DNA of 64,000 nucleotides from Clostridium sp. (GTDB lineage Bacteria; Bacillota; Clostridia; TANB77; CAG-508): NCBI GenBank assembly GCA_018371855.1, contig JAHAKD010000001.1, positions 219,478 to 283,477 of the forward strand, read 5' to 3'. Shown piece by piece: positions 46,934 to 55,691 of this stretch (position 1 is its first letter; each line of letters starts with the position of its first letter). The notes under the pieces were generated by a model. It saw only the letters and a program-made list of their open reading frames with translations, ran no database searches and was not told where the DNA came from. The position numbers and the translations under genes were made by a program.

Positions 46934-48019
46934 ATGAAGAAAGAGGAAAAAGCTAAAAAACAACCTGTAGACTTCATTAAACAAGTTAAACCAGAAAGAA
47001 AATTAAATAAGTTTTTAGATATGTGTAAAAAGCACAAGGCTATTACAATAAGTTCTAGTGTAAGTATTATAGTTATCATATTAATAATAGTTGCTATAAT
47101 TATTGTATCAACTTCTACGCAAACAGAAGAAGTGGCAACAAATAATGAAATAGAAAATACAACTATTGCAGAAGAAAACCCAGAACAAGATATAACTTTA
47201 CAAACTAACACAAATGGATTAGCAGACGGAACAGAAGTAGCAGTAATTAAAAATGATGACGGAACTGTTGAAGTGATAGCAAAAGACGATCCTAAGTTTG
47301 CAGAAAAGACGGCAGGTAAAAATTATTCTACTGGAACAATAGGAAATGGTGGAGTGAATTTAAAAACTAATGATAATGATTTAATAACTATAGCAAGTAA
47401 ACCACAAGAAGAACAAAAAAATAATGTTAAGGTAGAAAATAATACAACACCAGATACAACTGTATCTGAACAACAAACAACAACAGAAGCACCATCACAA
47501 CCTACAGATAATAATCAAGGATCTACATCTAGTGGAAATACAAGTAAGCCATCTGGTGGATCTAGTACATCTTCAAAACCAGCTGGAAATTCTGGAAGTA
47601 GTTCATCAGGATCTACTTCAAGTAAACCAAGTGGAGGAAACTTATCAAGTTCTGGAGGCAGTAGTTCAGGATCTACTTCAAGCGGAAGCAGTAGCTCATC
47701 AGGAAGTTCTTCAACCAGTAAACCAGCACATACACCATTTAGCACTTATAGTAAATACAATGCCTCTAAAACAGCTCAAGCTGTAGCATGGGCTAATGAA
47801 CAATTAAATGCAGATGGATATGGTGCAAAGGCTGTAGTAGGAGATTCAAGCTTAAAAAATAAAGCAGATGGCTTTTCATATGTAAAAAGTAGAGTTCAAA
47901 ATAAAGTTTCAGGAGCTTGGGGAACTGTAAAAATATATGTAGAAGATATTTATATGTATGATAGCTCTGGAACAACAGCAAACTTATTTGATACTTGGGT
48001 ATATGTATATGAAGAATAA
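46934..48019 (+). CDS. Membrane-anchored surface protein with Ser/Gly-rich linker
   Basis: N-terminal TM helix, a long S/G/T low-complexity tract, and a globular C-terminal domain. Confidence 0.6.
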   Translation: MKKEEKAKKQPVDFIKQVKPERKLNKFLDMCKKHKAITISSSVSIIVIILIIVAIIIVSTSTQTEEVATNNEIENTTIAEENPEQDITLQTNTNGLADGTEVAVIKNDDGTVEVIAKDDPKFAEKTAGKNYSTGTIGNGGVNLKTNDNDLITIASKPQEEQKNNVKVENNTTPDTTVSEQQTTTEAPSQPTDNNQGSTSSGNTSKPSGGSSTSSKPAGNSGSSSSGSTSSKPSGGNLSSSGGSSSGSTSSGSSSSSGSSSTSKPAHTPFSTYSKYNASKTAQAVAWANEQLNADGYGAKAVVGDSSLKNKADGFSYVKSRVQNKVSGAWGTVKIYVEDIYMYDSSGTTANLFDTWVYVYEE

Positions 48020-48096
48020 TATGAATAATTAATCGGCAAGGAGGGCTTATTTGAAACATAATAAACCTTCCTTATTTAATAAGGAGAATTAAACCA

Positions 48097-48411
48097 ATGA
48101 GTATTAGAAGTTATTTAAAATCTATTTCAGTAAAAGAATATAATACTATTAAAGATTATAATAAAGAAGAACTTAATGAACTAAAAAAGAAGTTAGAGAG
48201 TTATTTTAAATTTGATATAGTTGATTATATTGTAAGTGATATATTAGATTGTGAAACATATAACCATGTCTGTTTAATGATAAACTTAGCTATTGTAAAT
48301 AATAGACTTTCATTAAAAAATGGGAAAATTTTGAAAAATAAACTAAAAAAATTATTTAATATAAAAGATATATTTGATAAATTTTATAAAGACAATTATA
48401 TGGTAAATTGA
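48097..48411 (+). CDS. Hypothetical protein
   Basis: 104 aa with RBS AAGGAGA. Confidence 0.55.
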   Translation: MSIRSYLKSISVKEYNTIKDYNKEELNELKKKLESYFKFDIVDYIVSDILDCETYNHVCLMINLAIVNNRLSLKNGKILKNKLKKLFNIKDIFDKFYKDNYMVN

Positions 48412-48534
48412 GAATTATTGATTTTGTTATCATTATTAAATAATAGTGAATTGCAAAAATATATAAATAATTATTGGAATAATTTCTATAAGGAATAAAA
48501 ATTAATTATAAAATTATGAATGGGGGAATAGATT

Positions 48535-49290
48535 ATGGAAATAAATGCAGGAATTTTATTTTCTATTATTAATTTAATATATATTATTATAATTATTTGT
48601 CTTGGACTTTTTACACCTATAAATAAAAAAAGTCCGAAACAAGAAAAATTTTATGATGATGTTAAGCATTATTATAATATATGGTGGATTTTTCTTATAA
48701 TAGTTACAGGACTTTTGTATGGAATAGTTGTCATTAGAAAAATGAGAAAACAAAAAATAGTTAGAAAATATATACAAGAAAAAGTTGAAGATTATATGAG
48801 CAAAAAAGGATATGAAATAGAAAAGGGAAATGCTTATTCGAGAGTATATAAGATAAAAAATAAAGATATTATATGTATATATTTAAATGGAAAAATTATA
48901 GAGTTGAATTTTGATAATATAGTAAAATTTCAAACATATGAAAATTCTGAACTTCAAGTATACGGAAACTATTATAATGTTTCAAGTTCAACAGTTCTTG
49001 ATAAAATAGAATTGAAAATTTATACTAATTTGAGTACAGTAGAAAATTCTATTATTTCATTGGAATATAAAAGAAGGTATATAGATAATAAATATATTAA
49101 TGAATATCTAGTTAAATATGTAAAAGAAGCAGAATCTATTTTAAATTATGCCAAAATACATTCAGATTCTTCAAAAGAAGAAAAGCAAAAAACCTATGAA
49201 GAAATAAGAGAATATAAAAAGCTATTAGATGAAGGAATAATAACACAAGCAGAATTTGAAAATAAAAAGAAAAAATTATTAAATGATTGA
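48535..49290 (+). CDS. Membrane protein with C-terminal SHOCT domain
   Basis: Two TM helices. YEEIREYKKLLDEGIITQAEFENKKKKLL is a SHOCT motif. Confidence 0.65.
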   Translation: MEINAGILFSIINLIYIIIIICLGLFTPINKKSPKQEKFYDDVKHYYNIWWIFLIIVTGLLYGIVVIRKMRKQKIVRKYIQEKVEDYMSKKGYEIEKGNAYSRVYKIKNKDIICIYLNGKIIELNFDNIVKFQTYENSELQVYGNYYNVSSSTVLDKIELKIYTNLSTVENSIISLEYKRRYIDNKYINEYLVKYVKEAESILNYAKIHSDSSKEEKQKTYEEIREYKKLLDEGIITQAEFENKKKKLLND

Positions 49291-49320
49291 ATTTTATAAA
49301 TTTTTTAAGGAGTAATTTAA

Positions 49321-49595
49321 ATGAGCAAGAAGATATTAAAGAATAAGATTATGCTATATGATAATTCAAATTATATTACCTAGTCTAGTTCAAGCTAATG
49401 ATACATTTCCTGTGGACGCATACTTAACATCAACAGAACATGAAAAAGGTACTATTAAGATTATAAAAGAAATAAAGAAAATTCAGAACTTGTTTTACCT
49501 TATGCTAAATTTGAAATTCATAAGAAAAACGGAAAATTAGTAGATACAATATCTACTGATGAAAAAGGTGAAGCTACTAGTATAAAATTATCTTA
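49321..49595 (+). pseudogene. Remnant of an adhesin gene (signal peptide fused to a fragment of a Cna-B repeat, frameshifted)
   Basis: 49321-49420 matches the 5' end of 31350 (ATGAGCAA..., ATAATTCAAATTATATTACCTAGTCTAGTTCAAGCTAAT). The rest matches an internal NEHEKG...repeat. Multiple frame breaks. Confidence 0.65.
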
Positions 49596-49697
49596 TTATA
49601 ATTTATCAAAAATTATAGATTTTTTAAGGAACTTTATAGTCCAGAAAAATATATTTTCATTTCTATAGATATAAAGTAAGATAGGAGATAGAATAAA

Positions 49698-49874
49698 ATG
49701 TTAATTAATGCTAAAAATCAAATTCTTGTTAGTAATTTTAATAAAATTGTAGATTTAAATAAGAAAATTTTACATATAGATATTAAACATAATGATACTT
49801 TTAAATCTTTAATAAAGTTTCAAGAGCTACAAATTAAAAATTTAGAAACAAAATTAGAAGTATATAAGAAATAA
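49698..49874 (+). CDS. Small hypothetical protein (58 aa)
   Basis: ATG after TAGGAGATAGAATAAA. Confidence 0.3.
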   Translation: MLINAKNQILVSNFNKIVDLNKKILHIDIKHNDTFKSLIKFQELQIKNLETKLEVYKK

Positions 49875-49952
49875 GATATAGTTAATAAATTGATAGAATT
49901 CTTAATTTATGCTACAATATAGAAGAAATAAATTGAAAGGAATTATTAAAAA

Positions 49953-50216
49953 ATGTCAAAAAGTTTAATTGATAAAGATAAAGCAAAGATTTATGAAACT
50001 TGCATACCAGATTATCTAAAACATGATATAGATGAATATTTAAAATATAAAGATGATAAAGATTGCACAATTATAGATTGTCTATTAGATGAAATATACG
50101 GTTCTATAAATTCAGCATTATATAGTGAGGAAATAACAGAAGAACAAGCAAACTATCTAAGAGATAAATATTATTATGGATTAGATTGGCTAGAGGGTAA
50201 AAAAAGTGATTTTTAG
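49953..50216 (+). CDS. Hypothetical protein upstream of the HipA-like kinase
   Basis: 87 aa with no HTH apparent. Confidence 0.55.
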   Translation: MSKSLIDKDKAKIYETCIPDYLKHDIDEYLKYKDDKDCTIIDCLLDEIYGSINSALYSEEITEEQANYLRDKYYYGLDWLEGKKSDF

Positions 50217-50236
50217 AAAGGAGTGAATTTTATAAG

Positions 50237-51169
50237 ATGGAAGATTTAATAGATTTTACGAATTGTAAGGTAGATAATACATATTTATACAGAGGTCAAA
50301 ATGGAAAGAAAATTGGTATAAATTATAATAATCATATATATATGTTAAAATTTCCACCGTTCAAGGAAGATGTTGAAAATTATTCAAATAGTTGTATTTC
50401 TGAATATGTTGCTTGTCATATATTTGCTTCTATGGGATTTAAAGTACAGGAAACATTATTAGGAAAATTCACTTTAGAAAATAATAAAACAAAAATAGTT
50501 TGTGCATGCAAAGATTTTACTGAAAATGATTATATTTTAAAAGAATTTGCAGAATTAAAAAATAGTATTATAAATTCACCAGCCAATGGATATGGAACAG
50601 ACTTAATTGAAGTACTAGATACTATAAATGAACAAAATTTATATCCTAATGATAAATTAAAAGATTTTTTTTTGGATATGTTTATTGCAGATTCACTTTT
50701 AGGAAATTTTGATAGACATAATGGAAATTGGGGATTTTTAATTAATCGAGATACTAAAGAAATAGAAATTGCACCTATTTTTGATTGTGGCTCTTGTTTA
50801 TATCCACAACTTGAAGATAGTCAAATGAAAGAATATATAAACAAGCCAGGAGAAATAAATAAAAGAATATACATATTTCCAAATTCTGCATTAAAATTAA
50901 ATAATAAAAAAATAAACTACTATGAATTTATAAATTCTGGAAAAGTTGATGATTGTAATAAGGCTCTTTTAAGAGTATATCCTAAGATTGATTTTAGAAA
51001 AATTAATGATATTATAGATAATACACCTAGTATATCTGATATAAGAAAAGATTTCTATAAAACAATATTACATGAAAGATACGAAAAAATATTAACACCA
51101 GAATATCAAAAGCTTCAAAAAGCATTAAATAATATAAATGATGAAGAATCAGAAGAAGATGAAATCTAA
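50237..51169 (+). CDS. HipA-like Ser/Thr kinase (C-terminal-domain-only type) with acidic tail (ESEEDEI)
   Basis: Catalytic loop LGNFDRHNGNWGFL, the IFDCGSCL Mg-binding motif and the Gly-rich GQNGKKIG. Confidence 0.65.
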   Translation: MEDLIDFTNCKVDNTYLYRGQNGKKIGINYNNHIYMLKFPPFKEDVENYSNSCISEYVACHIFASMGFKVQETLLGKFTLENNKTKIVCACKDFTENDYILKEFAELKNSIINSPANGYGTDLIEVLDTINEQNLYPNDKLKDFFLDMFIADSLLGNFDRHNGNWGFLINRDTKEIEIAPIFDCGSCLYPQLEDSQMKEYINKPGEINKRIYIFPNSALKLNNKKINYYEFINSGKVDDCNKALLRVYPKIDFRKINDIIDNTPSISDIRKDFYKTILHERYEKILTPEYQKLQKALNNINDEESEEDEI

Positions 51170-51225
51170 TATATATTATTAATAAAGTCCTTAATGGGGC
51201 TTTATTTTTTACCTTTAATATCTCT

Positions 51226-51314
51226 TTTAAATATTTAAAGGTATAGATTTTAATAACAAATGCAATATTTGTGCAATATTTTTGAGAAAAATTACGTTTT
51301 TTCCCTCCTATAAT
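51226..51314 (+). promoter_or_regulatory. Conserved promoter/operator cassette, subtype I (P8)
   Basis: TTTAAATATTTAAAGGTATAGATTTTAAT...AATGCAATATTTGTGCAATATTTTTGAGAAAAATTACG...TATAAT. Confidence 0.6.
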
Positions 51315-51352
51315 ATTTTTATAAAATAAAAAGAAAAGGGAGGTATTTAGAA

Positions 51353-53455
51353 ATGGTGAAAAATATTTCTAAAAAATTTATTGCTATTTTGGCTATTATA
51401 ATCTTGATAGCAGGAGTATTCTCGCCAATATCTAAAGTTTATGCTGACTTTATGATTTCATCAGCAGATTTACATGATAATGGCGAAGTAGGTAGAAATC
51501 TTTTACACAAAGTAGATGACGGTACTTTTAAAGCTGTTATAACACACTATGTTACATATACGCATGATGGCAGAGAATATCCAGCATATTGTTTAAATAA
51601 AGATTTACCTGGAGTTGGAGAAACTTCAAATTATTCTGTAAATGTAAATAGTGCAGTAAGCAATCAAAAAGTTTATAGAGTAATTGTAAATGGATTTCCA
51701 TATAAGTCAGCAAGTGAATTAGGAGTAGAAACAGACGGTGACGCATTTCAGGCAACTAAGCAAGCTGTTTATTGCGTATTATATGGAACAGATCCAAGAA
51801 CTAATTTTAAAGGTGCAAATGCTAGAGGAGATAAAATAGTAAATGCAATAATTAATTTAACTGACATTGGTAATAATGGAAGTCAAACATATTCAGAAGC
51901 AAGAGTTGATATTACTAAAGATGGAGATTTAACTAAAGAAAAATTAAATGATAAAAACTATTATGTTCAAACTTTTAATATTACATCACCACAAGAAATG
52001 AGTGGAAGTTATGAAATCAGAACTAATGGATTACCAGAAGGTTCAAAAGTATTAAATACAAACAATACAGAACAAACAAATTTTGAAGGAAATAATCAAG
52101 TTGTTAAAGTTGCAATTCCGGAAAATGAAATTTCAGGAACCATAAATGGTGCTTTAAGAGTTGCAAATGTTAGATGTAAGACATATCCAATATTGTATGG
52201 AAACACAACTATTGCAGGAACACAAGACTATGCTTTAGCAGGAGATCCATACGAATTGGCTAGTTCAAATGTAGATTTAATATTACAAATAAATGCTCCT
52301 ACATTAATAAAAACAGAAAGAGGAACAACTACAGGTGTTAAAGGTGCAGAATATACAATATTTAGAGATACAAACGAAAACAAAAAATATGACGCAGAAG
52401 ATACACCAGTAAAAACAGTTACTACTGGAGATAACGGAAAAGTTACTTTAACAGATTTAACAGCTGGTATGTATGTAGCCAAAGAAACTAAAGCTCCAGA
52501 AGGATACAACTTAGATTCTGTAGATCAAGCTTTTGAGGTAAAACCTAATACAACAGCAGTTACAGTAAAATCTGATGACAGCCCAATTACAGCTCCAGTA
52601 ACAATTATGAAACAATCTAATGATAAATCAAACGTAACAGGTACAGAAGCAGGAACACCTTTAGCAGGTGCAGAATTTAACATCTATGATAAAAATCATG
52701 TTTTACTAAAGAAAGTTACTACAGATGAAAACGGACAAATTCAAGATACAATGAGATACGGAACATATTATGTTCAAGAAGTAAAAGCTCCAGAATGGTA
52801 TTTACTAGATGATAAAGAACAAGTAATCTCTATACAAAAACAAGGTGAACCAGTAACTTTAACATTTGGTAACAATGCAGTACAACTTGGTACAACAATA
52901 GAAAAAGAAGGTATTGTTCAAGCTCAACCTAATGATGAAATAAGATATGACTTCCCTGTTGTAAGAAACGATAGTAACGTTTCAGTAGATAACTTTACAT
53001 GGTCAGATGAACTTCCAACAGATTATATAAGAATTACAAAATTATATACTGGTACATGGAATGAAAAATTAAATTATAAAGTTTTATATAAGCTAAACAA
53101 TTCTGAAATTTGGCAAGAATATAAGAATCCAGATTCAGAAGATGGAACATATTCAACAGATGAAAATCACTTTATAGATTTTACGACTGTTCAATCTGGA
53201 GATAGTTATATTACAGACTTTAAATTAGAATTTGGTACAGTTAAACCTGGATTTGAAGCAGTAGAAAAACCATTTATCTTCGCTAAAGTTTTACCAGTAA
53301 AAGCAAATGATACATGGACTAACTATACAAAAATAGAATCTACATATACTTCTAATCATGATACTACCGTAGAATTAAAAGCACATGATGACTGGACTAC
53401 AACTTCATATTCAGCAAAATTAAGTATCAAAAAATTACCAAAAACAGGATTCTAA
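51353..53455 (+). CDS. Surface adhesin 2: signal peptide, thioester-like domain, Cna-B-type domains, C-terminal LPKTGF-stop
   Basis: YPAYCLNKDLPG plus ATKQAVYCVL. The N-domain is homologous to that of 31350. Ends KKLPKTGF*. Confidence 0.8.
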   Translation: MVKNISKKFIAILAIIILIAGVFSPISKVYADFMISSADLHDNGEVGRNLLHKVDDGTFKAVITHYVTYTHDGREYPAYCLNKDLPGVGETSNYSVNVNSAVSNQKVYRVIVNGFPYKSASELGVETDGDAFQATKQAVYCVLYGTDPRTNFKGANARGDKIVNAIINLTDIGNNGSQTYSEARVDITKDGDLTKEKLNDKNYYVQTFNITSPQEMSGSYEIRTNGLPEGSKVLNTNNTEQTNFEGNNQVVKVAIPENEISGTINGALRVANVRCKTYPILYGNTTIAGTQDYALAGDPYELASSNVDLILQINAPTLIKTERGTTTGVKGAEYTIFRDTNENKKYDAEDTPVKTVTTGDNGKVTLTDLTAGMYVAKETKAPEGYNLDSVDQAFEVKPNTTAVTVKSDDSPITAPVTIMKQSNDKSNVTGTEAGTPLAGAEFNIYDKNHVLLKKVTTDENGQIQDTMRYGTYYVQEVKAPEWYLLDDKEQVISIQKQGEPVTLTFGNNAVQLGTTIEKEGIVQAQPNDEIRYDFPVVRNDSNVSVDNFTWSDELPTDYIRITKLYTGTWNEKLNYKVLYKLNNSEIWQEYKNPDSEDGTYSTDENHFIDFTTVQSGDSYITDFKLEFGTVKPGFEAVEKPFIFAKVLPVKANDTWTNYTKIESTYTSNHDTTVELKAHDDWTTTSYSAKLSIKKLPKTGF

Positions 53456-53480
53456 AAATAGATTTAAGTTAAGTTTTAAA

Positions 53481-53516
53481 AGAGCAACTATTGAATTTTT
53501 ATAGTTGCTCTTTTTT
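53481..53516 (+). terminator. Terminator (GCAACTAT...ATAGTTGC family)
   Basis: AGAGCAACTAT-N9-ATAGTTGCTCT followed by T6. Confidence 0.65.
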
Positions 53517-53536
53517 CAGTAAATGGAGGGAGAAAA

Positions 53537-54208
53537 ATGACAGATGTTGAAACAAGAAAGATAGATTTATCACAAACTATAATATCATTTAAGATTTTGT
53601 ATTCAGCAATAACTGGTGAAAATATTGGAGATAATAGCTTAAAAGATGTTGTATTTAAAGCAATGATAACAAAAGAAATAAGTAAGCATTTAGATAATCT
53701 TAATTTTAGAAAACAATATTTTTTAAATATACAAGATAATTTAAAAAGCTTTAATATGATACAGTTACAAAAAAATAAAAGAGTAGAAAAGTTATTTCAA
53801 ACAGGATTTACTATTTGTTTAACTCTTAGTCATTACGACGATATTATTATAAAAAATAAACCTATATCAGAAATAATAAAAATAGAAACAGATGACTTAA
53901 AAAAAGAAATTCTTGAAGATACATCTATGTTTAAAAAAATAGATATTTCTGAATATCCTAAATTATTAGATAAATTTATAAACAATATACCTTTTGATAA
54001 TTCTGAAATAGGACTTTTTATAACTAAATCAGGTGATGAATATATAGCAATAGACAATTCATTTGGAGATTTTTTTACAAAAAGATTTCCAGATGAAAAT
54101 AGTGCAGTAAATTTTTTACTTTATCAAAATGCAAAAATGAAATCAATAGAAGCAGATTTTAAAGTAGAAATAGAAGATGAAGAAGAAAGCGAGGAAGATG
54201 AGCTATGA
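53537..54208 (+). CDS. Acidic-tail protein (ESEEDEL) with YxAIDNxxG module
   Basis: 223 aa. Contains GLFITKSGDEYIAIDNSFGDFFTKRF. Confidence 0.65.
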   Translation: MTDVETRKIDLSQTIISFKILYSAITGENIGDNSLKDVVFKAMITKEISKHLDNLNFRKQYFLNIQDNLKSFNMIQLQKNKRVEKLFQTGFTICLTLSHYDDIIIKNKPISEIIKIETDDLKKEILEDTSMFKKIDISEYPKLLDKFINNIPFDNSEIGLFITKSGDEYIAIDNSFGDFFTKRFPDENSAVNFLLYQNAKMKSIEADFKVEIEDEEESEEDEL

Positions 54209-55047
54209 GTATTTATTCAGGTTTTAAAAATGAAGAGAGTTTTAGAAAAAATTTAATTTCAAATATAAAAAAAACAAACTATGAAGATTTAACGGATAAA
54301 ATATGTTCTAGGTTAAATTATGGATTTTCTTCCTATGATATTTTAAGAATAGCAAAAGCATATAAACAAGGTGATAAAGATTTAAATAATAAAATTGAAT
54401 ATGTTTTAGAAGATTGTAACTTTCATTCAGAATGTTCAATGCTTTCTTTAAGTAAAGCAGATGAACTAATAGAAAATACTAAAAAAGAAATAGAAGATTA
54501 TATTTTAAAGAATTTAACTAAAATTTATACAGATGAATATTTAGCAAATAAAGAAACAAGAGGATTTATCCCTATAAATTCTGTTTTAGTAGATGAGTGG
54601 TCTATTGAAGAACATGAATTTTTAGTGGATAAAGGAATATTACAAAAAAGAGATTGCGAAGGATATGCTTATGAGCTAACAGATTCATACATATCTAAAT
54701 TGAAATTTCCTAAAGAACTAAAAGAAGGCATTTATGAAATAATTCCAATACATCAATCTAAAAATGGAAATAAAATCTGTTCAGAATATATGAATATCAA
54801 CGTAAAAAATGGAACTATTATTTATGAAGTAGATTTAGGAATTTCTAAATTATCTCCAGAAATTATACCAATTAGAGAATATGAACAAAAGATAATTAAC
54901 TATGGTAAAGATAATGTTTCAGGAGCTAAAGAATTTGAAATATTTAAGAATAAATATCAAGAATTATATAGCTTTGCTTTAGATAATAGTATTAAAAATA
55001 GAGATATAGAAGAAAATAGGGAAGAAAGTGAGGAAGATGAATTATGA
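54205..55047 (+). CDS. Acidic-tail protein (ESEEDEL), function unknown
   Basis: 280 aa with ATGA-coupled start. Confidence 0.65.
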   Translation: MSIYSGFKNEESFRKNLISNIKKTNYEDLTDKICSRLNYGFSSYDILRIAKAYKQGDKDLNNKIEYVLEDCNFHSECSMLSLSKADELIENTKKEIEDYILKNLTKIYTDEYLANKETRGFIPINSVLVDEWSIEEHEFLVDKGILQKRDCEGYAYELTDSYISKLKFPKELKEGIYEIIPIHQSKNGNKICSEYMNINVKNGTIIYEVDLGISKLSPEIIPIREYEQKIINYGKDNVSGAKEFEIFKNKYQELYSFALDNSIKNRDIEENREESEEDEL

Positions 55048-55691
55048 GTAAACTAAATTTTATACAAGATAAGAGCAATAACAATTATCTTGTAATAGAT
55101 AGAAATAATCTTCTTGTTTTATTTAAAGATGATAAAAATTATTGTGTAACACCAGAAAGCAATATAAATAATAATTTAATAATAGATATGAAAAGAATAT
55201 CAAGTTTTTCAGCACTTATGCCAGCTGTTGGATTATTTGAAAAATATTCATTACCATTAAAAGAACAATTAGAAAGTTTAGCTAAAACATTTAATGAAGT
55301 AGATAATAAAACATTAGTATTTTCTATCTTAGAACATGAAAGTTGGTCAAACGAGATTAATGATGTAGATATAAAAATTCTTGAAAATATATATGATGAT
55401 TTTATAGATAATAATGACATTCATTTACTTTCAGACGAAATTAAAGAATTAGAAAACAAGTATTCATATAAGACTTTGGAAAATGAGGTAATTGATAAAC
55501 TAAAAGAAAATGGAATAGATCCTACTTTGATACCAAATGATAAATTAGAAAACATATATGATGACATACTTGAAGAAGCAATAAATGAAGATACTGATGT
55601 AGCAACTATAATTGAATTTAGTGATTATTTAGATGAAACAATAGAGGAATTACAAAAAGAACAAGAAAACAGAGAGGAAGATGAACTATGA
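55044..55691 (+). CDS. Acidic-tail protein (NREEDEL); paralog of 43054-44280
   Basis: 215 aa with ATGA-coupled start. Confidence 0.65.
   Translation: MSKLNFIQDKSNNNYLVIDRNNLLVLFKDDKNYCVTPESNINNNLIIDMKRISSFSALMPAVGLFEKYSLPLKEQLESLAKTFNEVDNKTLVFSILEHESWSNEINDVDIKILENIYDDFIDNNDIHLLSDEIKELENKYSYKTLENEVIDKLKENGIDPTLIPNDKLENIYDDILEEAINEDTDVATIIEFSDYLDETIEELQKEQENREEDEL

Noticed and set aside
49358-49540. The 60-aa ORF 49358-49540 could be a real gene.
   Set aside because: It is one frame of the adhesin-gene relic: a signal-peptide fragment fused out of frame to a repeat fragment.
434-55420. Many - strand ORFs in the track (for example 434-634, 4908-5309, 16893-17204, 20358-20855, 35737-36078, 46897-47211 and 52228-52509).
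   Set aside because: All lie antisense to longer + strand genes with good RBSs. Their translations are Phe/Ile/Leu/Ser-rich low-complexity strings, as expected from the reverse complement of Lys/Glu/Asn-rich AT-rich genes, and none has an RBS.
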